Below are positions 1 through 9,915 of a DNA stretch of 64,000 nucleotides, piece by piece (the first letter of the stretch is position 1; each line of letters starts with the position of its first letter). Location of the stretch: NCBI GenBank assembly GCA_949293905.1, contig CASFFG010000001.1, positions 64,461 to 128,460 of the forward strand, read 5' to 3'. The notes below the pieces were generated by a model, which was given only the letters and a program-made list of their open reading frames with translations, was not told the origin of the DNA and ran no database searches. A program made the position numbers and the translations under genes. This DNA is from an uncultured Christensenella sp. (GTDB lineage Bacteria; Bacillota; Clostridia; Christensenellales; UBA1242).

Positions 1-1187
1 CGGATAGTGTGCTATTTGACGGAGAAGAAGAGAATACTAATTTAACAATTTATGTTTACGACAATACAAATATTTTTGAAGGTCTAGAGATTGGAACGGT
101 TATAAGATTTATACCTTCAAATGTTTATAAATCCGACCTGTTTTATTCAAATACGCCAAATAGTTATTTATACACAAACAATTTAAAATATAGTGTAACG
201 GTTAGCATGAACAATCTTGCAATAATAGGTCAAGATTTAACGCTTGCAGAAACTTTGCGTGAATATATTAAGGAAAATCTAGGAAATGGGTTGACGAATG
301 AGAATGTAGAGATTGCATATTCCGCACTTTTCGGGGATAAAGCATTACTTAGTGATTCTCAGTATAGCGCGTATAGGTTAAGTGGAGTTGCACATTTGCT
401 CGCGGTGTCTGGGTTGCATGTTAGTATAATTGTTGGGATTATTTATTGGCTTTTAGACAAACTAAAAATTAAGGGCTGGTATAAGGTTTTAATCGTAGGC
501 GTAATTTTATTTGCATATGCGTATTTATGTGATTTTGCTGTTTCAGTCATTCGCGCTACAATTATGGCACTAGTTATGCTTATTGCACCACTTATGCATA
601 GAGAATATGATAGTTTGTCGTCTATATCATTTGCTGGAATTATAATATTTTTAATAAATCCACTTGCAATATTTGATGTTAGTACTATAATGAGTTTTTC
701 GTGTGTTTATGGAATTGCCCTAATGTATAAACCCATTTATAATGTTTTATCAAAAACTAAAATTTCAACGAAAATTGCACAAAGTCTTGCTATGAGTTGC
801 TCAACTACAGTCGCTTTAATTTTCATTATGGCATACTTTTTCAAAACGCTAAATGTAATTTCGCTTTTCGCAAACATTATTTTAATTCCAATTTTTACTC
901 TTGCATTCATGGTGGTATTTGTGATTTCGTTATTGTCGCTAATTGTTCCGGGCATAACTTATCTATTAGTTGTGATAAATCCAATTTTTGATTTTATCAA
1001 CCTTATTGCGACAGTTTTAGGAAATCTTCCAATCGCAAATTTCTTAACTATCGAATTAAACTATATAGTGATTTTCTTATATTTTGCTATATTGTTACTT
1101 ATAAGTCGAATATGTAGAGCAGAGTATGAACATAGGATAATGATGGTGCTCCCAATAGTTGCATTATTAGTGGTATGTTTGGTATAA
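1..1187 (+). CDS. comEC: ComEC/Rec2 competence channel protein, C-terminal part (5' end outside the window)
   Basis: The frame is open to the left edge. Polytopic membrane protein with the ComEC core motif LSGVAHLLAVSGLHVSII, followed by holA as in other Firmicutes. Confidence 0.8.
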   Translation, partial: DSVLFDGEEENTNLTIYVYDNTNIFEGLEIGTVIRFIPSNVYKSDLFYSNTPNSYLYTNNLKYSVTVSMNNLAIIGQDLTLAETLREYIKENLGNGLTNENVEIAYSALFGDKALLSDSQYSAYRLSGVAHLLAVSGLHVSIIVGIIYWLLDKLKIKGWYKVLIVGVILFAYAYLCDFAVSVIRATIMALVMLIAPLMHREYDSLSSISFAGIIIFLINPLAIFDVSTIMSFSCVYGIALMYKPIYNVLSKTKISTKIAQSLAMSCSTTVALIFIMAYFFKTLNVISLFANIILIPIFTLAFMVVFVISLLSLIVPGITYLLVVINPIFDFINLIATVLGNLPIANFLTIELNYIVIFLYFAILLLISRICRAEYEHRIMMVLPIVALLVVCLV

Positions 1188-1194
1188 TAGATAC

Positions 1195-2109
1195 ATGAAA
1201 TTCATGGAATTTAGTAAATCTTTAAAAACTGAGATTGCCCCTTTATATAATTTAAAGGGCGGAGACATTTTTCTTATTAAAACTGCTATAAATAATTTAA
1301 AATCAACATTAATCACTGATTTTGAAGAATTTAACTATGCTAGATTAAGTGGTGAAAAATTAAAAAAAGATGAATTGATAGCGCAAATTGAAACTCTTCC
1401 TATTGCTAGTGATTATAGATTGATAGTGGTAGAAAATCCTAATATAGAGATCGTGAAATTTTTAAATTCATACAAATTTGATAATGAATCTTGCGTTATT
1501 TTAACTATTAATGCAGATAAATTGACCGCGGGAGAGATGGTCGATTGCGATGCACTTGATAGAAAGGATATAACAAAATATGTACTTAATTATTTAGCGA
1601 AATCTAAATTATCAATACAAGAAAGAGCGCTCGATTATTTGATTGATGCAACAAACGGTGATATGGCACGAATTAGAAATGAGTTAGATAAAATTATTGC
1701 TTATTCTACCGATTTAGAACTAATTGATATAGATGTTGTATCTAAGTTAGTCGCAAACTCTACCGAATATGCGACATATATGCTTACAAGCGCTATTGAT
1801 GAGAAAAACTTAACAAAATTTCAAACGATTTTATCCAATATGACGAAATCTAGTAGCGTCGCGGAAATTTATTCATATATGGGGAGATTCTTTAGGCGCA
1901 TGCAATATATTGCAATATCTAAGGACGATGCGAAATTGACTAAAATTCTAAATATAAAACAATATGCTATTGATATGTCTAGGAAAAACATTAAAAAAAA
2001 TGGGGTAAAGTATTACATTGATTTATACCAAAAATATGTTGACCTTGATTATTCTATCAAGTCAGGTAAGATAACTCCCGAGCATGCTATGTATGAGTTG
2101 GTGTTTTAA
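1195..2109 (+). CDS. holA: DNA polymerase III delta subunit (HolA-like)
   Basis: 304-aa soluble protein directly after comEC (conserved comEC-holA synteny). No diagnostic motif verified. Confidence 0.65.
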   Translation: MKFMEFSKSLKTEIAPLYNLKGGDIFLIKTAINNLKSTLITDFEEFNYARLSGEKLKKDELIAQIETLPIASDYRLIVVENPNIEIVKFLNSYKFDNESCVILTINADKLTAGEMVDCDALDRKDITKYVLNYLAKSKLSIQERALDYLIDATNGDMARIRNELDKIIAYSTDLELIDIDVVSKLVANSTEYATYMLTSAIDEKNLTKFQTILSNMTKSSSVAEIYSYMGRFFRRMQYIAISKDDAKLTKILNIKQYAIDMSRKNIKKNGVKYYIDLYQKYVDLDYSIKSGKITPEHAMYELVF

Positions 2110-2774
2110 TGGATTATACATTACTTAAACCGACTAAAATAGTATACTCCCGTAGGCGCTCAATAGCATTAATAGTGAATAGTAGGGGAGAACTTATTGT
2201 CCGCGCCCCTTTGCGTTGTAGAGATAAGGATATTTATGATTTCATATTTAAAAAGGCTGACTGGATTAGAGAAAAAAGAACCGAAATTAAGTCCGGACCA
2301 TATACTCCATTAACTCCAAAAACAGGTGAAAAAATTCCAATTCTAGACAACATTTACGAAATAAAGTTAGGACAAATTTCAAGGGTGAAAATTATTAACA
2401 ATAATATATGTATTCCAGGAGAAAATTCAAAACAAAAGTTAGTAAACTTTCTTGTCCGTTATGCGAAAAACTATTTAACAAAACGGGTAGGGGAACTTGC
2501 AACTATATTCAATTTTAAATATAAAAGTATAAGACTCACTTCTGCACATACTCGTTGGGGTTCATGCAACTACCAAAATTCATTGAGTTTTACTTATAAA
2601 TTAATTTTGTGCCCGAGAAAAGTAGTAGATTACATCATTATTCATGAACTTTCACACACGATTGAGAAAAATCATAGTAAAAAATTTTGGGCACTAGTAG
2701 AGAAATGCATGCCCGACTACAAAGATAGTGAACGCTGGCTAAAAGACAATCGCGCAATAATTTACTTTATTTAA
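2109..2774 (+). CDS. YgjP-like (DUF45/M48-type) zinc metallohydrolase
   Basis: HELSH zinc motif followed by HSKKFW near the C-terminus. TAATG overlap with the holA stop. Confidence 0.8.
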   Translation: MDYTLLKPTKIVYSRRRSIALIVNSRGELIVRAPLRCRDKDIYDFIFKKADWIREKRTEIKSGPYTPLTPKTGEKIPILDNIYEIKLGQISRVKIINNNICIPGENSKQKLVNFLVRYAKNYLTKRVGELATIFNFKYKSIRLTSAHTRWGSCNYQNSLSFTYKLILCPRKVVDYIIIHELSHTIEKNHSKKFWALVEKCMPDYKDSERWLKDNRAIIYFI

Positions 2775-2843
2775 AATTTCACAATGTAGTTTTAATTTTT
2801 ATCTAAACATGTGAAAATCTAGATTTTTGTTCAAATTATAATT

Positions 2844-3044
2844 TTATATAAATAATTGATAAATTTGAATGTTTAGAATTTTGGCAATTTTAAAAAGCGT
2901 AACAATACTAAAATTTTTATTATTTGTCATTATTTTATTTAAAGTACCTAAACTTATTTTACAAATTTTGCAAAACTTGATTTTAGTCAAGTTCTTTTCT
3001 TTTATATAGTTTTCTATTAGTTTTATATTTATATTATTCCCCAT
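2844..3044 (-). CDS. Small XRE-family helix-turn-helix regulator
   Basis: 66-aa protein with an HTH-like segment (LTKIKFCKICKISLGTLNKI). Divergent from a second XRE gene. Confidence 0.55.
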   Translation of the reverse strand: MGNNINIKLIENYIKEKNLTKIKFCKICKISLGTLNKIMTNNKNFSIVTLFKIAKILNIQIYQLFI

Positions 3045-3074
3045 ATTTCATCCCTGTTACGGAATAATTATATT

Positions 3075-3090
3075 ATCCCTATATAGGGAT
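3075..3090. promoter_or_regulatory. Perfect 16-bp palindrome ATCCCTATATAGGGAT, candidate operator between the divergent XRE genes
   Basis: Read directly in the 99-bp divergent intergenic region. Confidence 0.4.
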
Positions 3091-3143
3091 TGTCAAGACT
3101 TTTTTGCATATTTTGGAGTATTCTATATAAAAAGGAATAATAT

Positions 3144-3347
3144 ATGAAAAAATTTGCTGAAAGATTGAAAGAATTGAGGATTGAAAAAGGGCTATCCATC
3201 CAAGCTCTAGCGAAAGAAGTAAAAATCGGTTCATCCTCAATTTGCCGATGGGAAAATCAACAAGCCGATGTAAAAGGCTCTCAACTTATAATTCTTGCAA
3301 AATTTTTTAAAGTTTCAGTGGACTATTTATTAGGGTTAGAAGATTAG
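3144..3347 (+). CDS. Small XRE-family helix-turn-helix regulator
   Basis: 67-aa protein. RLKELRIEKGLSIQALAKEVKIGSSSICRWEN is a classic Cro/C1-type HTH. Confidence 0.7.
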   Translation: MKKFAERLKELRIEKGLSIQALAKEVKIGSSSICRWENQQADVKGSQLIILAKFFKVSVDYLLGLED

Positions 3348-3473
3348 TATATGCTAGATTTTGTGACCATATAATTGATTTTTACTTATATGATTTATTA
3401 AGATTATTAAATATTTGTATTTTATTTCTTCATAATTATTTAAAAAATTGCAAATACATTAAAAGATAAAGCA

Positions 3474-3501
3474 TTAAAAATTCCAAGGTAAACACTTGGA
3501 A
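3474..3501 (-). terminator. Rho-independent terminator downstream of tRNA-Thr(CGT)
   Basis: 7-bp stem TTCCAAG/CTTGGAA followed by a T-run on the minus strand. Confidence 0.6.
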
Positions 3502-3511
3502 TATTTTTATT

Positions 3512-3587
3512 TGGAGCTACTGGGCGGACTCGAACCGCCGACCTGCTGATTACGAATCAGCTGCTCTACCGACTGAGCCACAGTAGC
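3512..3587 (-). tRNA. tRNA-Thr (anticodon CGT), CCA encoded
   Basis: The reverse complement folds as a cloverleaf: GCTACTG acceptor, GGTTCGAGTCC T-arm, anticodon loop TTCGTAA. Confidence 0.9.
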
Positions 3588-3595
3588 ATATGCCT

Positions 3596-3624
3596 ATAAT
3601 AGCATAATTTATTAAAATTTTCAA
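3596..3624 (-). promoter_or_regulatory. Sigma-A-type promoter for tRNA-Thr(CGT): TTGAAA-17-TATTAT with TGn
   Basis: Read on the minus strand. The -10 box ends about 8 nt before the tRNA 5' end. Confidence 0.5.
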
Positions 3625-3775
3625 TCATTTTATGCAGATTTCTTCAAAATTTGTATTTGTTTTATATGAATAATAGCAAGGAATAGATATAAAATTAAAA
3701 AATTTGATTACATCAATTTAGTAAGCGAATGTATTTAGTTGCAATTTTTTTGCCAATTTGATATTATAAAATAGA

Positions 3776-5113
3776 ATGGCAGTAAAAATTGTAGCAATAA
3801 TTTTTTTGTTGATTATGTATATAGTCATGGAATCAGTCATGATTATTTTTGAGCGTGATAAACCACGAAATATGATAATCTGGACAATTATTTTTCTATT
3901 TACATCACTCGTTGGATATCTCATATATATGATATTTAAAATTGTAAATTACAAAAATAAAATATCTTTAAAACTGAAACAAAATGAAGATGCGATTTAC
4001 AAAAAGTTAATTGAAAATAAACTATCGACCTATGAATATAGGGAATATAACGAGTTATTTCACTTTAACAAAATAGGATTTAGTGCGAGACTAACTAATA
4101 ACAACCAAGTAAAGACATATAACAATTTTAAAACTTTTTTAGATAAACTGATAGGCGAAATAAATTCAGCAAAAAATTATATTTTGATTGAGATTACATC
4201 AATAAACTTTAAAGAGTATAACGATTTAAAGTCCGCATTAATAAATAGAGCGAAAGCGGGTGTTTTAATTAAACTTGTGTATGAAAAGAATTTAGGCAGC
4301 AAGGTTATTAAAGAACTAAAAGCAGAAGGTATAAAGTTATATAAATTTAGTAAATATCCGCGCGTCTCTAACTATTATAGAAATTTAAGAAATATAATCT
4401 CTATTGATGGAAACACTTGCTTCTCTTGTGATTTGAATATAAAGAAGAAACAGTTAAGAGATAATGTAGAAACTTTAAATTTATTCTTAGAGTTAAAAGG
4501 TAACGTAGTACAAGATATAGATGTTGCAGTGCGTCAAGATATAGTCTTCGCTAGTGGTAAGTATATCGAGTACGAAGAAAGGCTTATGCAAATAACAAAA
4601 ACTGAAACAAAAATACAGTATGTTATTAATGAGTTTTCCCGCGATTTAGAGTTGTCGATTATTAAAGCGATAAGTTTATCAAAATCTTCAATTCAACTTC
4701 AACTAGACGAATACATTCCGTCCGAATGCATAATGTCTCTTTTAAAATTTGCTATACATTCTAATATTGAAGTAAAATTGATGGTTCCTCTAAAAACATA
4801 TAAGCATAGTAAGTACTTTGCATCGCGTGCATATGCAAAAGAACTTGCACTAACGGGCGCAAAGGTATACCTGTTTGACGGATATATTCGATATAATTCA
4901 ATAGTCATTGATGACAAATATGCAATTGTGGGTTCGTACACAATAAACCGTGACCAAATTAATAATTGTATGCAAAACATTATTATAGTAGAAGATGATA
5001 AAGTCGTAAATTATCTTAATAATATGTTTAATAATGCGGTAGAGAATAGTTATAAGATTTCTAATGCAAAATACATGTTATTACGCGAAAAATTCTTTAA
5101 AAACTTCATTTAA
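3776..5113 (+). CDS. Cardiolipin synthase / phospholipase D family homologue with degenerate HKD motifs
   Basis: Two N-terminal TM helices plus two PLD-like repeats. The positions that align to HxK(x)4D read RNLRNIISIDG and RYNSIVIDD. Confidence 0.7.
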   Translation: MAVKIVAIIFLLIMYIVMESVMIIFERDKPRNMIIWTIIFLFTSLVGYLIYMIFKIVNYKNKISLKLKQNEDAIYKKLIENKLSTYEYREYNELFHFNKIGFSARLTNNNQVKTYNNFKTFLDKLIGEINSAKNYILIEITSINFKEYNDLKSALINRAKAGVLIKLVYEKNLGSKVIKELKAEGIKLYKFSKYPRVSNYYRNLRNIISIDGNTCFSCDLNIKKKQLRDNVETLNLFLELKGNVVQDIDVAVRQDIVFASGKYIEYEERLMQITKTETKIQYVINEFSRDLELSIIKAISLSKSSIQLQLDEYIPSECIMSLLKFAIHSNIEVKLMVPLKTYKHSKYFASRAYAKELALTGAKVYLFDGYIRYNSIVIDDKYAIVGSYTINRDQINNCMQNIIIVEDDKVVNYLNNMFNNAVENSYKISNAKYMLLREKFFKNFI

Positions 5114-5127
5114 TCTAAGGAGAAGAT

Positions 5128-5964
5128 ATGGTTTTTGGTGTGGCTGGTGTACCCACTAATTACAAAGGTAAATTCGTAAACCTTTTTGATTGGTTACGCG
5201 GAATGGGGCTTAACGGTTACGAAATTCAGTGTACATATGGCTTTAAAATTAGTGAAGAGAATAGGAAAATTATAAATGCCGAACAAAAAAACGGCATGTA
5301 TTTTTCCATGCACGCACCATACTATATAAATCTAGGAAGTCTTAATAATGCAGTTGTCGGCCGTAGTAAATCTAACATGAAAGAAGGGATTGAACTCGCA
5401 AAACTCATCGGTGTAAATCGTATAATTTTTCACCCAGGTGGTGGGCATGAGAACACCATTGAAGGCAGGAAAAGAGCGATTGACCAGTTAGTTGATGCCG
5501 TCAATGAGTTTACTAGCGAAATAGATATGGGAGATGTCCGCTTATATCCCGAAATAGGCGGAAAGACAGCAAGCCTTGGTTCAATAGATGAAATTATCGA
5601 GATATGTAAGAGATGCGAATATTGTTATCCATGTATTGATATAGCACACTTACACGCCCGCGAACATGGTAGCATACAAACAAAACAAGATTTAATCGAT
5701 AGACTATCAAAAATAAAACGTGAAATTCCAGAGAAATTTAAGCATATTCATTTTCATGCATATACTATTAACTACGGAGATAAAGGAGAAATTAAACATC
5801 TTAAACATGGCGAAAGTATGCCGAACGGGGACGAGGGCAAACCTAATTTAGACGATTTTGTCGCAGTACTGAAAGAAATGAAAATCGAACCGTGGGTTAT
5901 AAGTGAAGCGCTTGACACACAGGAATTAGGTGCAAAATATATGCACGATAAGTATGTTTCATAA
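5128..5964 (+). CDS. AP endonuclease family 2 (endonuclease IV-like) TIM-barrel protein
   Basis: MHAPYYINLGS ... IIFHPGG ... IDIAHLHA pattern resembles Nfo/xylose-isomerase-like barrels. Confidence 0.55.
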   Translation: MVFGVAGVPTNYKGKFVNLFDWLRGMGLNGYEIQCTYGFKISEENRKIINAEQKNGMYFSMHAPYYINLGSLNNAVVGRSKSNMKEGIELAKLIGVNRIIFHPGGGHENTIEGRKRAIDQLVDAVNEFTSEIDMGDVRLYPEIGGKTASLGSIDEIIEICKRCEYCYPCIDIAHLHAREHGSIQTKQDLIDRLSKIKREIPEKFKHIHFHAYTINYGDKGEIKHLKHGESMPNGDEGKPNLDDFVAVLKEMKIEPWVISEALDTQELGAKYMHDKYVS

Positions 5965-6794
5965 TGCAAAAGAGAGAATTTGTTCTAGATAAAGATAAAG
6001 AACTTATTAAGGCAGTGATTGACGAACTGCCCTTTCTTTCGCGCTTTGAAATTGAAAAAATCCTTAAAAACAAAGATATCAAAGTCAATAATTTAAGAGT
6101 ACAATCTAATTTAAAACTGAATTCGGGCGATAAAATTACTATTTTCTATTACGAAAGGGAGCAAAAAGAGTGGTATACTTTGGTTTATGCTGATGAAAAT
6201 ATACTAATTGTAAATAAGCGCGCGGGGATTGAAGTTGTGAGCGAAACTGAACGCGATTTAGTCCATGTTTTATCTCAAAATTATACCAACATTATTCCAG
6301 TACATAGAATAGATAGAAATACGGAAGGTCTAGTCATCTTTGCGCAAAATTCCACTAGCGAAAAAGAACTTTTGTCCGCCTTTAAAACACGAAAATCTAT
6401 TGTCAAGGAATATGCACTTCTAGTTCACGGTAGAGTAGACATCTCGAAAATTAAACGCACTGTCTATTTAAAGAAGATGGACAATTTAAGCAAGGTTTGG
6501 ATTAGCGAAGTAAAGACGAGCGGATACGAACCAATCTCTACCGAATTTAGCATACTAGAATATAGGGGTGATAAAACATTGATGACAGCTCGCCTAATTA
6601 CAGGGAAAACTCATCAAATTCGTGCGCATATTGCATATTATGGCTATCCAATCGTGGGCGACCAGAAATACGGCAAAGACAATGAAAAACAAATGCACTT
6701 GACCGCAAACTATCTTGCTTTCAACTTTCCTAAGCAATCACCACTAAAATATCTAAACAGTAAAACTTTTGAAATTATTCCAACATGGATTTAA
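5964..6794 (+). CDS. RluA-family pseudouridine synthase with N-terminal S4-like domain
   Basis: Catalytic motif HRIDRNTEGLVIFA and GKTHQIRAH. Confidence 0.85.
   Translation: MQKREFVLDKDKELIKAVIDELPFLSRFEIEKILKNKDIKVNNLRVQSNLKLNSGDKITIFYYEREQKEWYTLVYADENILIVNKRAGIEVVSETERDLVHVLSQNYTNIIPVHRIDRNTEGLVIFAQNSTSEKELLSAFKTRKSIVKEYALLVHGRVDISKIKRTVYLKKMDNLSKVWISEVKTSGYEPISTEFSILEYRGDKTLMTARLITGKTHQIRAHIAYYGYPIVGDQKYGKDNEKQMHLTANYLAFNFPKQSPLKYLNSKTFEIIPTWI
6336..6349 (+). repeat. Exact copy of the 14-nt arm ATCTTTGCGCAAAA inside the rluA-family CDS
   Basis: Identical to the paired arms at 32066-32079 and 32086-32099. Encodes part of VIFAQN. Confidence 0.6.
6528..6567 (+). repeat. Direct repeat copy 1 (inside the rluA-family CDS)
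   Basis: 36 of 40 nt identical to 9916-9955, counted by eye. Confidence 0.85.
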
Positions 6795-6919
6795 TTTTCA
6801 TTTGTTTTATATCGTTGTTTTAATATATTTTTTGATATTTTTATATTTCCATTTGTATGAATTTTTAAATTTTATTTTCATGGATTGATACTTATATAGT
6901 ATTAATAAATTTTTTGGTA

Positions 6920-6948
6920 TTGACTAAATGAGTATTTGGTTTTATAAT
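6920..6948 (+). promoter_or_regulatory. Sigma-A-type promoter TTGACT-17-TATAAT upstream of the 980-aa ORF
   Basis: Consensus hexamers. AGGAG lies 5 nt before the ATG at 6970. Confidence 0.6.
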
Positions 6949-6969
6949 TGAGAAAACTTAGGAGAAACT

Positions 6970-9912
6970 ATGCTTTTACAAAATCCAATTTTAAGTAGAA
7001 TTCATACTCATTTAACAGAAATAAATGATAATCTCTTACACGGAAATGATTTAGTTACAGATTGTAAAGTATACAATGAAAAGAAAGATAATAAAGTTAA
7101 GTTCATATTAACCGATTTTTCACCGAGAATTACAACCCAGTCAAGTATAATTTTAAAAGATTTTATTTATGACGGAAAACTTGAATTTGAATTAGACCTA
7201 AAAACTGGAAATATAGTTATAAATGAATTTCCAACATTGCAAAACAAAGGCGCGTATGCCGAACGACAAGATAGAATTTTCCTTTTTACAAGCGATTTGG
7301 CGAACCTTGTAAAGAAACAAGCAGAAAAATTCATAGAAGCGGACGAACTAAATTTAGTTTTTAAATCGCAACTTGCACTTGTTGCTATTGACGATAAAGT
7401 AAGTAGCGTTTTTCCTAATATCATAAATTCTCGCACATACAACTCATTAAAAAATTACATGCAGGCGATAGATAAAGAAATTAAAGATATTGAAACTCGC
7501 GTAAAAACTGAGAAAGCACATAAAGATAGAGTTTTGCATAATCAAGAATTCGCTATTAATAAAAAGACAAAAGTTATGGGTATATCTCCGCTAGATTACA
7601 CTAATCAAGATGAATTTGACCAAGCAATGCGTGAGAAATTATTAGAATATTACAATAAAAATGTAAAAAACATAAAAAGACACTTAAAGGCGATAAAAAC
7701 CAAATATATTGACTTGTTAGTAAGTTATAATATGAGCAGAAAGAATGCAGAGCGCATATTTAAAGTTGATATATCGGCGGGTGGTGTTAAGGATTTAATT
7801 GAAAGATATAATCGTGAGCAAGGATACAAATTCAGGAGAAGTGTAAGATATGATTGCGGTGAACTAGCGAAAACATATACTCCCGCAGACGATATAGATC
7901 ATAGAACAGATGCGCACGAAGAAGCATATGTCTTTTTCTTATATAATTTTGTAGGATTTTTTAACGAAGAATTTGATTACGATAACTATGCATTCGAAAT
8001 AAAATGGAATGAAATATCTCTTTTAAAAAATCAGTACTTAGAAGATGAGGACGATAATGATGGTGAACTAAAACACCCTATATTTAATAAATCTAATTTT
8101 TATACAAATGGAAATACCTCACCAGATAAAATTAAAAATACAGTCGCAAAAGGCTGGGAATTACTCGCTGATTATATAAAACTAGAAGATAAACTTAAAG
8201 TATATACTCAGTTATTAGCAAAGGTGGAACAGGGTGAAGATGTTTTATTGAATTTTTCTAAAACCGATTCATCGTTTGGAATGTTGCATTTATTGCCTAG
8301 TTGGATAAGATTTTCTAGAAAATATAGAAATCATGATACAACGACGGTAGATTTGGGTGATAACTACCATATGATTATGGTAAAACCGGGTACAACAGAT
8401 ATTGATTTATATAAGTTAAGAAATTTTACAGTAAAAAATGGTTATGAATTTGGTAAAAGAGGAGAAGATCGTCAAGAAGTATTAAATAGATTAAACAGAC
8501 TTAAACCCGAATTAAAGGAAAGGGTTGAAAAACTAATTGTAACAATTCCCAATAGTTTGAGCCCAAAATCAATTAAACAAATAACGGATTGGATAAAAGT
8601 GGTAGGCGTAAGAGTGATTTACTTATGCGAAGGTTTTGATGCTATATCGAAGTTAAAGTCCGCTCGTTTTTCGCAAGAAATTGATAAGATAAAAAGCGAA
8701 GGAGTAGAAAAATATGAAGAAGATTTTAAAAAAGGACAATGCTCAATATATGGACCGACTAGAAATAAAAGATATGAAGATATTGTGATAGATAGAGATT
8801 ATTACAACAAGTTCATGGCAACAACTCCACATAATATCACATTATTCCATAAACTCATTGCAAAATGGTTCTTAAACAACATTATCTATAAGGTTGAAAA
8901 AGAAACCGAAATTTTCCAAAAAGAATTCCTACCTAGGTTCTTAGAAGATGCATTAAATGAGGGTGAAAAAAGTAGTGAATTTTCTAAAAATGAAATTCAA
9001 TCTACCATAGAATTTACTTTACAGACCGAACTTAATAACTGCAAAAATGAAAACGGAGATATCGATTACAGTAAATTTAATATTTCGAATTTTGAAAAAC
9101 TTTTATTTGATGGGGAAGATATATTATTACAATGTATAAAAGATGGTAAAGACTACAAAGGTAAGAATATTTATCTAGCACCATCATTGTTATTCTACAA
9201 ACCTTTGAAAGGTTATAATTATGTTGAATTTCCTAAAACAGTCGAGTTTAGCTCCTGTTTATCTTGTTTAGATGATGATTTAGAACCAGACCTTAGAAGT
9301 TTGGTTAATCATATTGCTCTTGCCTTTGGAGATGCGAGAGTGTACGACATAAGGAAACTAATTGATCATCTTTCAAACTTTGTTGGTTTATCCAAGGACG
9401 AGCTAAAAAATAAAATTGAAGATTCATTAAAACCATTTAAGCTAGACACTAAATATTCTTTAAAAAACCATGAGAGATACAAAAAATATATAAGCAAGCA
9501 AGAAGAAGCAACAAATCGACGAGTTATGCAAGATGTTGTGGCTGAGTATCTTGATTACTTAAATGAAAAGTATAATAAAAACATTAATGGAAGAGATACG
9601 ATATGCGATGATATTGAAAATGTTATCGGCGACAAGAAAGAATTTATTATAACATCATTTAATGGAGAGATTCAGGATAAGAGGGAAAAGGTAATAAATG
9701 ACATAACAAAATTGTATATTCCAGAGATAGTGGAAAAAAATATTCATCAAAATGTAATTGAATTGTATCGTAGAAATAATTGGAAAGTTAAAATATCCAA
9801 GGAAGATTGCGTATCGATTTTACAAAAATTTATAGTAGATTACTTGTCAAATAATAAAGAAGCATTAGAGTTGTATGATTTTGCACTTGCAATAGTGAAT
9901 ATACCATTTTAA
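6970..9912 (+). CDS. Large orphan cytoplasmic protein (980 aa), function unknown
   Basis: Long uninterrupted ORF with its own promoter and SD. No signal peptide, TM segment, Walker A or other motif I recognise. Confidence 0.8.
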   Translation: MLLQNPILSRIHTHLTEINDNLLHGNDLVTDCKVYNEKKDNKVKFILTDFSPRITTQSSIILKDFIYDGKLEFELDLKTGNIVINEFPTLQNKGAYAERQDRIFLFTSDLANLVKKQAEKFIEADELNLVFKSQLALVAIDDKVSSVFPNIINSRTYNSLKNYMQAIDKEIKDIETRVKTEKAHKDRVLHNQEFAINKKTKVMGISPLDYTNQDEFDQAMREKLLEYYNKNVKNIKRHLKAIKTKYIDLLVSYNMSRKNAERIFKVDISAGGVKDLIERYNREQGYKFRRSVRYDCGELAKTYTPADDIDHRTDAHEEAYVFFLYNFVGFFNEEFDYDNYAFEIKWNEISLLKNQYLEDEDDNDGELKHPIFNKSNFYTNGNTSPDKIKNTVAKGWELLADYIKLEDKLKVYTQLLAKVEQGEDVLLNFSKTDSSFGMLHLLPSWIRFSRKYRNHDTTTVDLGDNYHMIMVKPGTTDIDLYKLRNFTVKNGYEFGKRGEDRQEVLNRLNRLKPELKERVEKLIVTIPNSLSPKSIKQITDWIKVVGVRVIYLCEGFDAISKLKSARFSQEIDKIKSEGVEKYEEDFKKGQCSIYGPTRNKRYEDIVIDRDYYNKFMATTPHNITLFHKLIAKWFLNNIIYKVEKETEIFQKEFLPRFLEDALNEGEKSSEFSKNEIQSTIEFTLQTELNNCKNENGDIDYSKFNISNFEKLLFDGEDILLQCIKDGKDYKGKNIYLAPSLLFYKPLKGYNYVEFPKTVEFSSCLSCLDDDLEPDLRSLVNHIALAFGDARVYDIRKLIDHLSNFVGLSKDELKNKIEDSLKPFKLDTKYSLKNHERYKKYISKQEEATNRRVMQDVVAEYLDYLNEKYNKNINGRDTICDDIENVIGDKKEFIITSFNGEIQDKREKVINDITKLYIPEIVEKNIHQNVIELYRRNNWKVKISKEDCVSILQKFIVDYLSNNKEALELYDFALAIVNIPF

Positions 9913-9915
9913 TAT

